In this document: in pieces, positions 1 through 9,969 of the stretch
Layout: each line of letters starts with the position of its first letter
Numbering within the stretch: the first letter of the stretch is position 1
NCBI GenBank assembly: GCA_965243315.1
Contig: CBDEUP010000007.1
Coordinates: forward strand, 1,833,668 to 1,897,667
From: Alphaproteobacteria bacterium
Lineage (GTDB): Bacteria > Pseudomonadota > Alphaproteobacteria > UBA828
DNA: 64,000 nt
Direction: 5' to 3'
The notes under the pieces: generated by a model
The model's input: only the letters and a program-made list of their open reading frames with translations
The model's database searches: none
Told to the model about the DNA's origin: nothing
Made by a program: the position numbers and the translations under genes

Positions 1-755
1 TCGATGAAGCCCATGAGCGTGGCGAGTGGCGTGCGAATTTCGTGGCTCGCGTTGGCGACGAAGTCGGCCCGCATCTGGTCGGTGCGGCGCACAGCCGTGA
101 AATCGACGAGCGCGAGCAGCACAGCGGCGCCGCCCTCCCGCGGCTCGGGCAGCGGCTCGACCCGCGCCGCGAAGGTGCGTTCGACCGGTGCCTGCAGGGT
201 GAACTCGATGTCACATCCGTCGCCACCGTCCAGGGTTTGCTCGACGGCCTCGATCAGCGCCGGATTGCGCAGGGAGGCTGCGATGTGGCGCCCGGCCACC
301 TCGCCATCGAGGAGCGCCGTTGCTGCCCGATTGGCGCGCACGATCTTGCGGTCGGCATCCAGCAGGAGGAGCGGTTCGGGTAAGGCATCCAGCGCGCGTT
401 CGAGCTCGGCCCTCTCGCTCGCAAGCTGCGCCCGGCCCTCGGCGCCGAGCCGGGCCAGGCGCTCGACCGATGCCGCGAGCTCGCGGGTAAGCAGCCCCGC
501 CGGCGCAGCGCCTTGCCGCGCTTCGCCCCCAGTCTCGGCGGAGGTCTCAACGTGGTGCGCGAGCGCGGCGACCTCCCTCAGCATCAGGCCGACCACAACT
601 GCCACGAGCAGGCTGAGGCCAGCCCAGGCGAGCACTGCCGCGATGGGCGGCGTGAGGCCGAGTGCGCCGAGCACCAGGAACGCGAGCCCGAGCGGCAGCG
701 ATGCCGCAAGGCTGAGGCGCGCCCACCGGCGCAGCGGAACGACACGCGCCGCCAT
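1..755 (-). CDS. sensor histidine kinase, N-terminal portion (TM helices, sensor region, HisKA H-box); C-terminal part lies beyond the left edge
   Basis: Minus-strand translation from ATG (complement of cat at ~753-755) gives MAARVVPLRRWARLSLAASLPLGLAFLVLGALGL... with two hydrophobic TM segments and reaches the window edge inside the H-box DFVANASHEIRTPLATLMGFI. The listed + ORF 4..819 is the Ser/Arg-rich antisense frame of this gene. Confidence 0.8.
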   Translation of the reverse strand, partial: MAARVVPLRRWARLSLAASLPLGLAFLVLGALGLTPPIAAVLAWAGLSLLVAVVVGLMLREVAALAHHVETSAETGGEARQGAAPAGLLTRELAASVERLARLGAEGRAQLASERAELERALDALPEPLLLLDADRKIVRANRAATALLDGEVAGRHIAASLRNPALIEAVEQTLDGGDGCDIEFTLQAPVERTFAARVEPLPEPREGGAAVLLALVDFTAVRRTDQMRADFVANASHEIRTPLATLMGFI

Positions 756-906
756 CGACCGGCTCTCCTCCGCAGCGGGGTTCCGGGCTTTCGAGTCTAG
801 CAGAGCCAATCGATCATGAGCGTGACGAATATAAGACAATCAGGGGTCTGCGGCGCCGGCATCAGGTACACGGAACCCCGGCAACCGCCTGTGCTAGTGT
901 CGCGCC

Positions 907-3639
907 ATGCCCGATGACGCCGAGGCGCAAGCGACCGCCGCGCCGGCCGCCGCCCGCAGCGCCCGCCGGGGCCGGCCACGCGCGCGGCGCGTCGAGCCGG
1001 CGACGCCGATGATGACGCAGTATCTCGAAATCAAGGGCGCCCACCCGGATCACCTCCTGTTCTACCGGATGGGGGACTTCTACGAGCTCTTCTTCGACGA
1101 CGCGCGCCAGGCCTCGGAGGCGCTCGATATCGCGCTCACCAAGCGAGGCCTGCACCAGGGGCAGGAGATCCCGATGTGCGGCGTGCCCGTGGTGAGCGCC
1201 GAGGGCTATCTCCAGCGGCTGATCCGCAAGGGCTACCGGGTCGCTGTGTGCGAGCAGGTCGAGAACCCGGCGGAGGCCCGCAAGCGGGGTGCGAAGGCGG
1301 TGGTGCGCCGCGAGGTCATCCGCCTGGTGACGCCGGGGACGCTGAGCGAGGACGCGCTGCTGGACGCGCGGGCAGCCAACTACCTCGCGGCGCTCGCCCA
1401 GGCCGAGGGCGCTCTGGCGTTGGCGTGGGCCGAGATGTCCACCGGCGAGTTCGCGGTGATGGGGGTCTCGGAGGCCTCGCTGCCCGCAGCGCTCGCGCGC
1501 CTCGAGCCCGGCGAAATGCTGGTGCCGGAGCCGCTGCTGGAGGAGCCGGCGCTCTTCGAGCTCTTCGCCGAGTGGAAAGAGGCCCTGACGCCCCAGCCGC
1601 GCTCGCTCTTTGATAGCGTCGCCGCCGGGCGGGCGCTCGCGGCGTTCTACGGCCTCGCCTCCCTTGACGGTCTCGGCTCTTTCGGCCGCGCGGAGCTTGC
1701 CGCCGCCGGCGCCGTGCTCGGCTATCTCAAGCTCACCCAAAAGAGCCAGATGCCCCGCCTCGCGCGGCTCCGCTTGACCGAGACGGGTGCTGCGATGGCG
1801 ATCGACGCCGCGACCCGGCGCAACCTGGAGCTCACGGCCACCCTGGACGGCGGCAGCGCAGGCAGCCTGCTCTCGGTGATCGACCGCACCGTCACCGGCG
1901 CCGGTGCCCGGCTGCTCAGGGCGCGGCTCACCGCGCCGCTCACCGAGCCCGCCGCCATCGTCGAGCGACTCGATGCCGTCGGCTTTCTGGTGGAGGCGGA
2001 AGGCGCGCGGAGTGGTCTCAGGGAGCGGCTCTGTCGGTGCCCGGACGTGGAACGCGCACTCTCGCGCCTCAGCCTGGGACGCGGGGGCCCACGCGACCTC
2101 GCCGCGGTGCGCGATGCGCTCGGCCAGATTCCAGCGATTCGGGATGCCCTCGGCACTGAGGACGCTGGCGGCCTGCGAACGCCGCCGCCAGGGCTCGCGG
2201 CCGATATCAAGGCGCTCGGCCATCACCAGAGCCTGGTGGACCGTCTAACCAGTGCCTTGGTAGAAAGCCCGCCGCCCAGCATCCGAGACGGCGGCGTCAT
2301 CGCGCGCGGCTACGACGAGGCGCTCGACGAGGTGGTGGAGCTGCGCGACCACAGCCGGCGCCTGATCGGTGAACTGGAGGCCCGCTACCGCACCGAGACC
2401 GGGGTCAACGCCCTCAAGGTGCGCCACAACAACGTGCTCGGCTACTACGTCGAGGTGCCGCCCCAGCGGGCCGAGGCGCTGACCGATGCCTTCATTCACC
2501 GCCAGACCCTCGCGAGCGCAATGCGCTACACCACCGTGGAGCTCGGCGAGCTGGAGGCGCGGATCAACGGCGCAGCCGACAAGGCGCTCGCGCTCGAGCA
2601 AGCGCACTTCGACGACCTCCGTAATGATGTCGTCCAACGGGCCGAGGACATTGCGCGGGCTGCCGCCGCGCTCGCCGCGCTCGACGTGGCTCAGGGGCTC
2701 TCGCTGCTCGCGGTCGAGCGACGCTATACCCGCCCAATCGTAGACGAGACCACAGCCTTCGAGATCAAGGGCGGCCGGCACCCGGTGGTGGAAGTCATGG
2801 GCGCGGGCGGGGAAACTCCCTTCGTCCCCAACGATTGCGACCTGGGCGATGCAGGGCGAATCTGGCTGGTCACCGGCCCCAACATGGCGGGCAAGAGCAC
2901 CTTCCTGCGCCAGAATGCGCAGATCGCGGTGCTGGCCCAGATGGGCTCGTTCGTGCCAGCCGACGAGGCCCGCATCGGCGTGGTGGACCGCCTCTTCTCC
3001 CGCGTGGGCGCCGCCGACGATCTCGCGCGCGGCCGCTCCACTTTCATGGTGGAGATGGTGGAGACCGCCGCCATCCTCAACCAGGCCGGCGAGCGGGCGC
3101 TGGTGATCCTCGACGAGATCGGGCGCGGCACCGCCACCTACGACGGGCTCTCCATCGCCTGGGCTGCGATCGAGCATCTGCACGACAGCAACCGTTGCCG
3201 CGCGCTCTTCGCAACCCACTATCACGAGCTCACGGCGCTCGCCCAGAAGCTCGAGCGGCTCGCCTGCCACACCATGCGGATCAAGGAGTGGAAGGGGAAG
3301 GTCGTGTTCCTGCACGAGGTAGCGCCGGGCGCGGCGGATCGCTCCTATGGCATTCACGTGGCGCGTCTTGCGGGCTTGCCGGAGGCGGTGCTGACCCGCG
3401 CCCAGACGGTGCTGGAGGTACTGGAGCAGGGCGAGAAGGCAACCGCCGCCACCCGGCTCGCCAACGACCTGCCGCTCTTTCAGGCTCGTCCGGTACCGGC
3501 GCCCGCGGAACCTGCGCCCGATCCGCTCCGCGACCGCCTCGCCGCCATCAATCCCGACGACCTGACGCCGCGCGATGCGCTGGAGCTTGTCTATGCGCTA
3601 CGCGCCGGACTCGACAGCGATGAGACCCCGGGTGGCTAA
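907..3639 (+). CDS. mutS: DNA mismatch repair protein MutS
   Basis: 910 aa; N-terminal mismatch-binding region [32 protein letters not shown], Walker [28 protein letters not shown] and DEIGRGT motifs; has the short N-terminal extension common in alphaproteobacteria (start could instead be the MMTQY Met near 1009). Confidence 0.95.
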   Translation: MPDDAEAQATAAPAAARSARRGRPRARRVEPATPMMTQYLEIKGAHPDHLLFYRMGDFYELFFDDARQASEALDIALTKRGLHQGQEIPMCGVPVVSAEGYLQRLIRKGYRVAVCEQVENPAEARKRGAKAVVRREVIRLVTPGTLSEDALLDARAANYLAALAQAEGALALAWAEMSTGEFAVMGVSEASLPAALARLEPGEMLVPEPLLEEPALFELFAEWKEALTPQPRSLFDSVAAGRALAAFYGLASLDGLGSFGRAELAAAGAVLGYLKLTQKSQMPRLARLRLTETGAAMAIDAATRRNLELTATLDGGSAGSLLSVIDRTVTGAGARLLRARLTAPLTEPAAIVERLDAVGFLVEAEGARSGLRERLCRCPDVERALSRLSLGRGGPRDLAAVRDALGQIPAIRDALGTEDAGGLRTPPPGLAADIKALGHHQSLVDRLTSALVESPPPSIRDGGVIARGYDEALDEVVELRDHSRRLIGELEARYRTETGVNALKVRHNNVLGYYVEVPPQRAEALTDAFIHRQTLASAMRYTTVELGELEARINGAADKALALEQAHFDDLRNDVVQRAEDIARAAAALAALDVAQGLSLLAVERRYTRPIVDETTAFEIKGGRHPVVEVMGAGGETPFVPNDCDLGDAGRIWLVTGPNMAGKSTFLRQNAQIAVLAQMGSFVPADEARIGVVDRLFSRVGAADDLARGRSTFMVEMVETAAILNQAGERALVILDEIGRGTATYDGLSIAWAAIEHLHDSNRCRALFATHYHELTALAQKLERLACHTMRIKEWKGKVVFLHEVAPGAADRSYGIHVARLAGLPEAVLTRAQTVLEVLEQGEKATAATRLANDLPLFQARPVPAPAEPAPDPLRDRLAAINPDDLTPRDALELVYALRAGLDSDETPGG

Positions 3640-3702
3640 CCGGCCACCACGCGCCGGTATAAGATCGGGGCACTTGGATCGACAGCCGGGTCGTGAGAGG
3701 AC

Positions 3703-4566
3703 ATGAAGCCGCCGCCGTTCGCCTACGAATGCCCCACCGAGGTGGCGGACGCCATCGCCCTGCTCGCGGCGCATGGCGCGGATGCGCGGCCGCTTGCCGG
3801 TGGGCAAAGCCTGGTGCCGCTACTCAATTTCCGCCTGGCACGGCCGACCGTTCTGGTCGATCTCAACCGCGTCGCGTCGCTCGGCCGCATCACGGTCGAG
3901 GATGGAACGCTTCGCATCGGCGCCATGGCCCGACAGGCGGCGGTCGAGGCCGATCCCGGCGTGGCGCGCGGCTGGCCGCTGCTGACCGAGGCCATCGGCC
4001 ACATTGCCCATCCCCAGATTCGCAATCGCGGCACTATCGGCGGCAGTCTCGCCCACAACGACCCGGCGGCGGAGCTGCCGGCGGTGATGCTGGCGCTCGA
4101 CGCCCAAATGACCACGCAAGGCCCGGAGGGGGCGCGTACCATCCAGGCCGACGACTTCTTCGCGGGCACGATGGAGACGGCGCTCGCGCCGGACGAGCTT
4201 CTGACCGAGATCAGGGGTCCCGCACTGCCTGATGGCACCGGCTGGGCCTTTCAGGAGGCTGCGCGCCGCCAGGGGGATTTCGCGCTCGTCGCGGTCGCGG
4301 TGCTGCTGCGGCCCTCCAGCGACGGTATCGACGCCAGCATCGTGGTCACCGGCACCGGCGACGGGCCCCAGCGCATACGCGGGGCGGAGGCGGTCCTTGC
4401 CGAGCGGGGAACGGACGGTGACGCGTGCGAGGCCGCAGGCAACGCCGCGGCCGAAGCCTCCGACCCGGCGGACGACCCCCACGCGCCGGCCTGGTATCGC
4501 CAGAAGCTCGTGGCTGCGCTCACCCGCCGTGCCTGCCGCGAGGCGGCCGCAAGGATGGGGCGCTGA
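3703..4566 (+). CDS. molybdenum hydroxylase FAD-binding (medium) subunit, CoxM/CutM/XdhB family
   Basis: 287 aa; FAD-binding fold (AGGQSLVPLLNFRLARP, RNRGTIGGSLAHNDPAAELP); its stop overlaps the start of the downstream 2Fe-2S subunit. Confidence 0.85.
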   Translation: MKPPPFAYECPTEVADAIALLAAHGADARPLAGGQSLVPLLNFRLARPTVLVDLNRVASLGRITVEDGTLRIGAMARQAAVEADPGVARGWPLLTEAIGHIAHPQIRNRGTIGGSLAHNDPAAELPAVMLALDAQMTTQGPEGARTIQADDFFAGTMETALAPDELLTEIRGPALPDGTGWAFQEAARRQGDFALVAVAVLLRPSSDGIDASIVVTGTGDGPQRIRGAEAVLAERGTDGDACEAAGNAAAEASDPADDPHAPAWYRQKLVAALTRRACREAAARMGR

Positions 4567-5055
4567 ATGGCGGACCATGGCCACAACGTCCGCGTCACCA
4601 TCAACGGCGAGGCCCACGAGCACCGCGTCGAGCCGAGGCTCCTGCTCTCGGACTTCATCCGGCACGAGGCCGGGCTCACCGGCACCCATGTCGGCTGCGA
4701 GCACGGCGTCTGCGGCGCCTGCACGGTGCTCTTGGACGGCGCGCCCGTGCGCTCCTGCCTCATGTTTGCGGTGCAGAGCGACGGCGCCTCGATCGAGACG
4801 GTCGAATCGCTAGCGGACGGCGAGACCCTGCACCCGCTACAGGAGGCCTTCCGCCGTGAGCACGGGCTGCAATGCGGCTATTGCACGCCTGGCATCTTGA
4901 TGACGCTCAAACCCTTTCTCGCCGCCAACCCGGCGCCGAGCGACGCCGAGATCCGCAAGGCGCTCTCGGGCAACCTCTGCCGTTGCACCGGCTACCAGCA
5001 GATCGTGGCGGCCGTGCGCCGGGCCGCGGCGGTGCTGAGGGGCGAGGAGCCATGA
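4567..5055 (+). CDS. molybdenum hydroxylase (2Fe-2S)-binding small subunit, CoxS/CutS family
   Basis: 162 aa; plant-type ferredoxin cysteines CEHGVCGACTV and second cluster CGYCTPG ... CRCTGY. Confidence 0.9.
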   Translation: MADHGHNVRVTINGEAHEHRVEPRLLLSDFIRHEAGLTGTHVGCEHGVCGACTVLLDGAPVRSCLMFAVQSDGASIETVESLADGETLHPLQEAFRREHGLQCGYCTPGILMTLKPFLAANPAPSDAEIRKALSGNLCRCTGYQQIVAAVRRAAAVLRGEEP

Positions 5056-7388
5056 CCGCGCGGCTGATCGGCGAGCCGGTCGAGCGGCGCGAGGATGCGC
5101 GCCTGCTCACCGGTCGCGCGCGCTTCATCGACGACATTCACCTGCCGGAGATGCTGCACGCCGCGGTGCTCCGCAGCCCTCACGCCAAGGCGCGCTTCAC
5201 GCGCATCGATGCCAGCGCGGCGCTCTCGCTTCCCGGCGTTCACGCGGTCATCACCCACGAGGACTTGGGCCCGGCCAACACACCCATGCCGCTCCTCAAC
5301 GAGGACCCCGGCTTCATCCATCCGCGCACCCATCGGGCGCTTGCGCCGGGGCAGGTTCGCTTCGTCGGTGAGCCGGTGGCGCTGGTGGTCGCAAAGAGCC
5401 GCTACCTGGCCGAAGACGCACTCGACCTGATCGAGGTCGACTATGCGCCCGAGGCGGCGGCGGTGGACCTCGTGGCGGCAGCAGAGTCAGGCGCGCCGCT
5501 GGTCCACGACGATACCGATTCCAACGTCGCCTGCCGCACCGCCGACAACACCGGCGATATCGAGAGCGCCTTCGCCGCCGCCGACTTCGTGCTGCGCGAG
5601 GAGCTCCGGCCCGAGCGGGGCGCCGCCCAGCCGATGGAGACCCGGGGCGTCGTCGCCCGCTACGACGCGAGCCTTGAGCAGCTCACGATCTGGGACACGA
5701 CCCAGGCGCCGATCAGTGCCCGCGGCGTCATCGCCGACAAGCTCGGCATGGCGGAAGCCGCCGTCACCGTGATCGCGCCTGACGTGGGCGGTGGCTTCGG
5801 CGTCAAGATCTATCTGGTTTACCCGGAGGAGGTGCTGGTCCCCTTCGCCGCCCGTCTGCTCGGCCGCCCCGTCAAATGGATCGAGGACCGCCGCGAGCAC
5901 TTCATCGGCTCCAACCACGAGCGGCTGATGGTGCACCACATCGAGGTGGCGGCGACCAAGGATGGGCGCATCCTCGGCATCAAGGACCACTTCCTCTACG
6001 ACAGCGGCGCCTACTGCCCCTACGGCCCCATCAACGCCCAGTGCGCCCAGGCCATCCTGCCGGGCCCCTACAAGATCCCGGCGGTGCACTCGACCTACGA
6101 GGCGGTCTACACCAACACGCCGACCGTGAGCCCCTACCGGGGTGCCGGCCAGCCACACGGCAACTTCGTCACCGAAGCGGCCATGAACCACGTGGCCCGC
6201 GCGCTCGGCCTGGATGCGGCCGAGACCAGGTGGCGCAATCTGGTGCGACCTGAGGACTGCCCCTGGGATTCTGGCCGCATCTTTCAGGGCAACACCCCGT
6301 TCATCCACCGCGATAGCGACTATCCCGCACAGCTCGCGAAGACACTCGACGCGCTCGACTATGCGGGCGTCAAGCGCGGCCAGCCGGCTGAGCGCGAGCA
6401 GGGAATCTTCCGCGGCGCCGGCATCGCCTTCTTCGTTGAAGGCACCGGCATCTCGCCCTACGAGGGGGTCGAGGTGCGGGTGGAGCCCACCGGCCACGTG
6501 CACGTGACGACGGGCTATCCCTCGCAAGGGCAGAGCCACCACACCACGCTTACGCAGATCGTGGCGGAGACCCTCGCCGTCCCGCCGGAGCAGGTGGTGG
6601 TGGAAAGCGGGCGGAGCGACCGCTTCGCCTGGGGCGTCGGCACCTTCGCCAGCCGTGCGGCCGTGGTGGGCGGCAACGCTGCGCTCGGTGCGGCCAAGGC
6701 GGTCCGGGCGCGGGCGCTCGACCTCGCTTCGGAGGAACTGGAGGCGGCGCTCGAAGACCTGGTACTGGCGGATGGGGCCGTGCATGTGAAAGGGGCGCCG
6801 CAAATGGCGGTGACGCTCGCCGCTCTTGCGTACGCGGCCAATCCCATCAACACGCTCGAATCGGGCGCAGAGCCGGGCCTCCGCGCCGCGGACTACTACC
6901 GCTCCCCCGATGGCGCGATAGCCAGCGGAGTCCACGGCGCGGTCGTGGTCGTGGATATCGCCACCGGCATGGTGGAGATCGAGACATACGTCGTGGTCCA
7001 CGACTGCGGGGTGATGATCAATCCCACCATCGTCGAGGGCCAGATACTGGGCGGCACGGCGCAGGGGATCGGCGGCGCCTTCTACGAGAAGCTCAGGTTC
7101 GACGAGGACGGCCAGCCGCTGGTGACCACCTTCATGGACTACCTGATCCCGACGGCCATGGAGATCCCGCCGATCGAGATCCACCACATGGAGAGCCGCT
7201 GCAGTCTCAACCCCCTGGGCGTCAAGGGGGTGGGGGAGGGCGGCGCGATCCCCGCTGCCGCGGCCTTCGCAGGGGCCGTGGAGGACGCGCTGGAGCCCTT
7301 CGGCGCGACCGTCCACGCCGTCCCCCTCGACCCGCCCGCCATCCTCGCGCTGATCGAGGGTCACGGCGGCAGCGGCGCGACTCCCTGA
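5052..7388 (+). CDS. molybdopterin-binding large subunit of xanthine dehydrogenase/CO dehydrogenase family (aldehyde oxidase/XDH a/b hammerhead + MoCo-binding)
   Basis: ATG at 5052 overlaps the small-subunit TGA (ATGA); starts MTARLIGEPVERREDARLLTGRARFIDD, typical of CoxL/XdhA N-termini; about 779 aa. The form-I CODH active-site signature (VAYRCSFR) is absent, so substrate unknown. The ORF-track start at 4872 is an upstream extension in the same frame. Confidence 0.9.
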   Translation: MTARLIGEPVERREDARLLTGRARFIDDIHLPEMLHAAVLRSPHAKARFTRIDASAALSLPGVHAVITHEDLGPANTPMPLLNEDPGFIHPRTHRALAPGQVRFVGEPVALVVAKSRYLAEDALDLIEVDYAPEAAAVDLVAAAESGAPLVHDDTDSNVACRTADNTGDIESAFAAADFVLREELRPERGAAQPMETRGVVARYDASLEQLTIWDTTQAPISARGVIADKLGMAEAAVTVIAPDVGGGFGVKIYLVYPEEVLVPFAARLLGRPVKWIEDRREHFIGSNHERLMVHHIEVAATKDGRILGIKDHFLYDSGAYCPYGPINAQCAQAILPGPYKIPAVHSTYEAVYTNTPTVSPYRGAGQPHGNFVTEAAMNHVARALGLDAAETRWRNLVRPEDCPWDSGRIFQGNTPFIHRDSDYPAQLAKTLDALDYAGVKRGQPAEREQGIFRGAGIAFFVEGTGISPYEGVEVRVEPTGHVHVTTGYPSQGQSHHTTLTQIVAETLAVPPEQVVVESGRSDRFAWGVGTFASRAAVVGGNAALGAAKAVRARALDLASEELEAALEDLVLADGAVHVKGAPQMAVTLAALAYAANPINTLESGAEPGLRAADYYRSPDGAIASGVHGAVVVVDIATGMVEIETYVVVHDCGVMINPTIVEGQILGGTAQGIGGAFYEKLRFDEDGQPLVTTFMDYLIPTAMEIPPIEIHHMESRCSLNPLGVKGVGEGGAIPAAAAFAGAVEDALEPFGATVHAVPLDPPAILALIEGHGGSGATP

Positions 7389-7486
7389 CCGCCCCTCCTT
7401 CGCTTGGCGCAGGCGTGGCGGGCGACTATCGTGCGCGGCTTGTCGCCGCAGCACGGGCAACACCGTGACACATAGCGTGAGACCAT

Positions 7487-7546
7487 ATGAGTAGCACCAC
7501 CGAGGGCGCCCGCTACGTGCTGGCCGTCGATGTCGGCGGCACTTAA
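7487..7546 (+). pseudogene. 19-codon remnant of a hydantoinase/oxoprolinase (HyuA-type) N-terminus, truncated at the island border
   Basis: ATG ... TAA encodes MSSTTEGARYVLAVDVGGT*, the canonical start of Hydantoinase_A proteins (compare the intact hyuA at 49857: ...RFRIGVDVGGTFTDL). Confidence 0.45.
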
Positions 7547-7578
7547 ATTGACCTTGATTTTCGGATATCTGGACATTT

Positions 7579-7621
7579 GGGTCCTTGAGACGCCATGAGA
7601 GCCCTGGAGGATGATTTTCGG
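7579..7621. repeat. copy A of a ~40 bp repeated element (GGGTCCTTGAGACGCC...TGGAGGATGATTTTCGG) immediately upstream of int
   Basis: Direct comparison with copy B (9155-9188) and copy C (15179-15216); A and B share GGGTCCTTGAG-CGCC ... TGGAG-ATGATTT-C-GG. Confidence 0.5.
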
Positions 7622-7706
7622 TCTATCCTACCGCAAATAAAAGACTTTTTCCTGCGCCGATACACCTTGCAACGTGGCCATGAGTGCGCTTGAATGACCT
7701 TGAGGC

Positions 7707-7734
7707 GACATCCGATCGCTTACGCATAGCTTAC
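7707..7734. repeat. left copy of imperfect direct repeat CGCTTACGCATAGCTTACGCTTACGGCG (candidate attL core)
   Basis: Matches CCGCTTACAGTACGCTTACACCGGCC at 49829-49854 next to hyuA; both lie at the transitions between core genes and island genes. Confidence 0.3.
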
Positions 7735-7802
7735 GCTTACGGCGTGCACGATTTCGCGAACGGCCGGATGCCGATGAGAACGATTCTCAACAAGGGGGCA
7801 AT

Positions 7803-8987
7803 ATGGCCAAGCTGAAGTTCCGCACCATTTCCAAGCGTACCGTCGATGCGCTTGTCGTCGAGGACCGCGACGAGGTCTTCTGGGACGACCGCATTCCCGG
7901 CTTCGGGGTCCGGGTCTATCCGTCCGGGTCGAAGGTGTATGTCGTCCAGACCCGGCACAGGGGGAAGTCGCGCCGCGTGACGCTCGGGCGCCACGGGGTC
8001 ATGACCGCCGACGAGGCGCGCAAGAAGGCGGCCACGACCCTCAACCGCATGAGGAGCGGCGAGAACCCGGTGGAGCGGGGCTCGGTGACGGTGGCGGAGC
8101 TTGCCGCGCGCTATCTGGCGGAGCATGTCGACATGCGCTGCAAGGAGAGCACGCGGAAGGCGTACCGCAGGGCGGTCGAGCGCTTCATCGTGCCGTCCTA
8201 CGGAGATGTGGCGGTCGAGGACGTCGAGCGCGAGCACATCGACAAGCTGCACCGCGACCTCCACCACATTCCTTACCAGGCGAACCGGGCGCTGGAGATC
8301 GGGACCAGCCTGTTCAACTTCGCCGAGGAGTGGAAGCTGCGCAGCGGGGGCAACCCGTGCAAATACGTGCGCAAGTACCAGGAGAAGAAGCGCGAGCGGT
8401 TCCTGACCGAGGCGGAGTTCCGCCACCTGGGCGCGGTGCTGAACGAGATGGAGGCCGAGGGAAGGTTGCCGGTCTATCCGGCGGCGGCGATCCGGCTGCT
8501 GATGCTGACCGGGTGCCGGCGCAACGAGATCGTCGCGCTCGAATGGAAGCATGTCGATCTTGAGGCGGGCGAGTTGAAGCTCGCGGACTCGAAGACCGGT
8601 GCGCGGCTGGTGCCGCTGTCGCCGGCGGCGGCTCGGGTGCTGGCGGAGCTGCCGCGCATCGCGGGCAACCCGTGGGTCATTCCGGGCACGAAGCCCGGCA
8701 AACACCTTGCCGATCTCAACCATTACTGGGACCGGGTGCGGACGGAGGCGGACCTCGACGACGTGCGGCTTCATGACCTCCGCCACAGCTTCGCGTCCAG
8801 GGCGCTGGCGCTCGGCGAGAGCCTGTCGATGATCGGCAAGCTGCTCGGTCACAACAAGATCGAAACGACCTCGCGCTATGCGCATCTGGCGCGCGATTCG
8901 ATCAAGGCGTCGTCGGCGAAGGTGGCGGAGAGCATCGGCGCAGACATTCTCAACTCGCCGGTAACGGCGGAGACTGCCTCGGCCTGA
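7803..8987 (+). CDS. int: tyrosine-type site-specific integrase (P4-like, DUF4102 N-terminal arm-binding domain)
   Basis: 394 aa; N-terminus RTISKRTVDALVVEDRDEVFWDDRIPGFGVRVYPSGSKVYVVQTR; catalytic C-terminus HDLRHSFASRALALGESLSMIGKLLGHNKIETTSRYAHL (R..H..R..Y). Confidence 0.92.
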   Translation: MAKLKFRTISKRTVDALVVEDRDEVFWDDRIPGFGVRVYPSGSKVYVVQTRHRGKSRRVTLGRHGVMTADEARKKAATTLNRMRSGENPVERGSVTVAELAARYLAEHVDMRCKESTRKAYRRAVERFIVPSYGDVAVEDVEREHIDKLHRDLHHIPYQANRALEIGTSLFNFAEEWKLRSGGNPCKYVRKYQEKKRERFLTEAEFRHLGAVLNEMEAEGRLPVYPAAAIRLLMLTGCRRNEIVALEWKHVDLEAGELKLADSKTGARLVPLSPAAARVLAELPRIAGNPWVIPGTKPGKHLADLNHYWDRVRTEADLDDVRLHDLRHSFASRALALGESLSMIGKLLGHNKIETTSRYAHLARDSIKASSAKVAESIGADILNSPVTAETASA

Positions 8988-9154
8988 CCGGGGGCCGTGT
9001 CGCCGGCCGGCCCGACGTGCCGGCCGGCTGCCGAGGGCGGTGCCAACGCGCCGGAATCGGCTGTCGATTCGGTTGGGCCGCCGATTCCGGGAGCGCCACG
9101 CAAATCGGGCGAGCATTTTTTTCGGACGACTTTCGGGGACATAAGGAGCCTTGA

Positions 9155-9188
9155 GGGTCCTTGAGGCGCCTGGAGCATGATTTGCAGG
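9155..9188. repeat. copy B of the ~40 bp repeated element (GGGTCCTTGAGGCGCCTGGAGCATGATTTGCAGG), downstream of int
   Basis: See copy A; preceded by an extra GAGCCTTGAG half-copy at 9147-9156. Confidence 0.5.
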
Positions 9189-9330
9189 AAATCCCATAGA
9201 TACAGCGGGTTGCAGGGCTCCGCGGCGGCCCTATCCTTGTCTCCATGGACGCGCTCGACACCTTCCATCGCGACGGCCCGAACGCCGATTCCGACCTGGC
9301 TGCCGGGCTCCGGCGCGCACGGCCGGACGC

Positions 9331-9969
9331 TTGCCGGCGGCTCCCGGAGCGGGTCCGATGATCGACCTCGACCGGCTGCGCCGGGCGCTGGTGCTGGGGG
9401 TGCTGGGGGCGGTCGCGATGGCGTTGCTGCTGCCCCCGCTGGCGCTGACGCGCCACACGGATGCCCACGACTGGTATGCCGCGCGCAAGGTAAGCGTGGC
9501 GCAGGCGCTGATCTTCGTCGGCTTCGACGAGCGCGCATTTACGGACTACCGCCTGGCGGACGGCACGCCCGTGAGGTGGACCCGCGACGGCGTGGCGACC
9601 TGGCCGGCGGCGCGGGAGTCTCGCGGTCTCATCCTCGCCGTCATCGGGGACAACATCCTGCTCGGCGCCATCGCGGGATTCGTGGTGGTGTTCACGCTGT
9701 CGGGGCTGCTGAACCTGGCGCGGCACGAAACGGCGGGGGTATGGGGGGCGGCTGCGCGGCGGCCTTCGGCAGCGGAGCGCCGGCCCGGCTTCATCGAAGG
9801 CGTGCCGCCGTATGCGGCGCACGAACCGAACCGTGTGCCGGCGAGAGCCGCCCCGGCGGGAGTTGGGCCGCTCCCGAACGCGGCAGTCCCCTCGCCCGAA
9901 CCGCCCGTCGAGGCGGAGCCCGAAGCGGCGTATGAGCCGCCCGCCCGTCCGCGCGGGCGCTGGTTCTGA
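9331..9969 (+). CDS. hypothetical membrane protein, translationally coupled to traA
   Basis: 212 aa (probable start at MIDLDRLRRALVLGVLGAVAMALLLPPLAL, ~9358); two or three hydrophobic helices, non-biased composition; stop overlaps the traA ATG (TGATGG). Confidence 0.45.
   Translation: MPAAPGAGPMIDLDRLRRALVLGVLGAVAMALLLPPLALTRHTDAHDWYAARKVSVAQALIFVGFDERAFTDYRLADGTPVRWTRDGVATWPAARESRGLILAVIGDNILLGAIAGFVVVFTLSGLLNLARHETAGVWGAAARRPSAAERRPGFIEGVPPYAAHEPNRVPARAAPAGVGPLPNAAVPSPEPPVEAEPEAAYEPPARPRGRWF

Noticed and set aside
862-2226. 454-aa minus-strand ORF (and 2245..3357 -, 2835..3623 +) overlapping mutS
   Set aside because: Arg/Ala/Gly/Pro-rich, low-complexity; typical alternative-frame open reading in ~68% GC DNA; mutS in the + frame has unambiguous motifs.
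3640-3702. Possible terminator hairpin after mutS (CCGGC...GCCGG)
   Set aside because: Only a 5 bp stem with an 8 nt loop and no T-run; too weak to call.
5487-7463. 658-aa minus-strand ORF antisense to the molybdopterin large subunit
   Set aside because: Composition (runs of R, G, A, D, H) and complete overlap with a well-supported gene; GC-frame artefact.
7389-7802. Possible tRNA/tmRNA integration target next to the left integrase
   Set aside because: No cloverleaf-compatible sequence or CCA-adjacent T-arm motif (GGTTCGANTCC) found by eye on either strand; the same is true at 49700-49856.
9177-9935. 252-aa + ORF overlapping the 9331..9969 gene in another frame
   Set aside because: Gly/Arg/Ala-rich junk composition; the 9331 frame has hydrophobic helices and translational coupling to traA.
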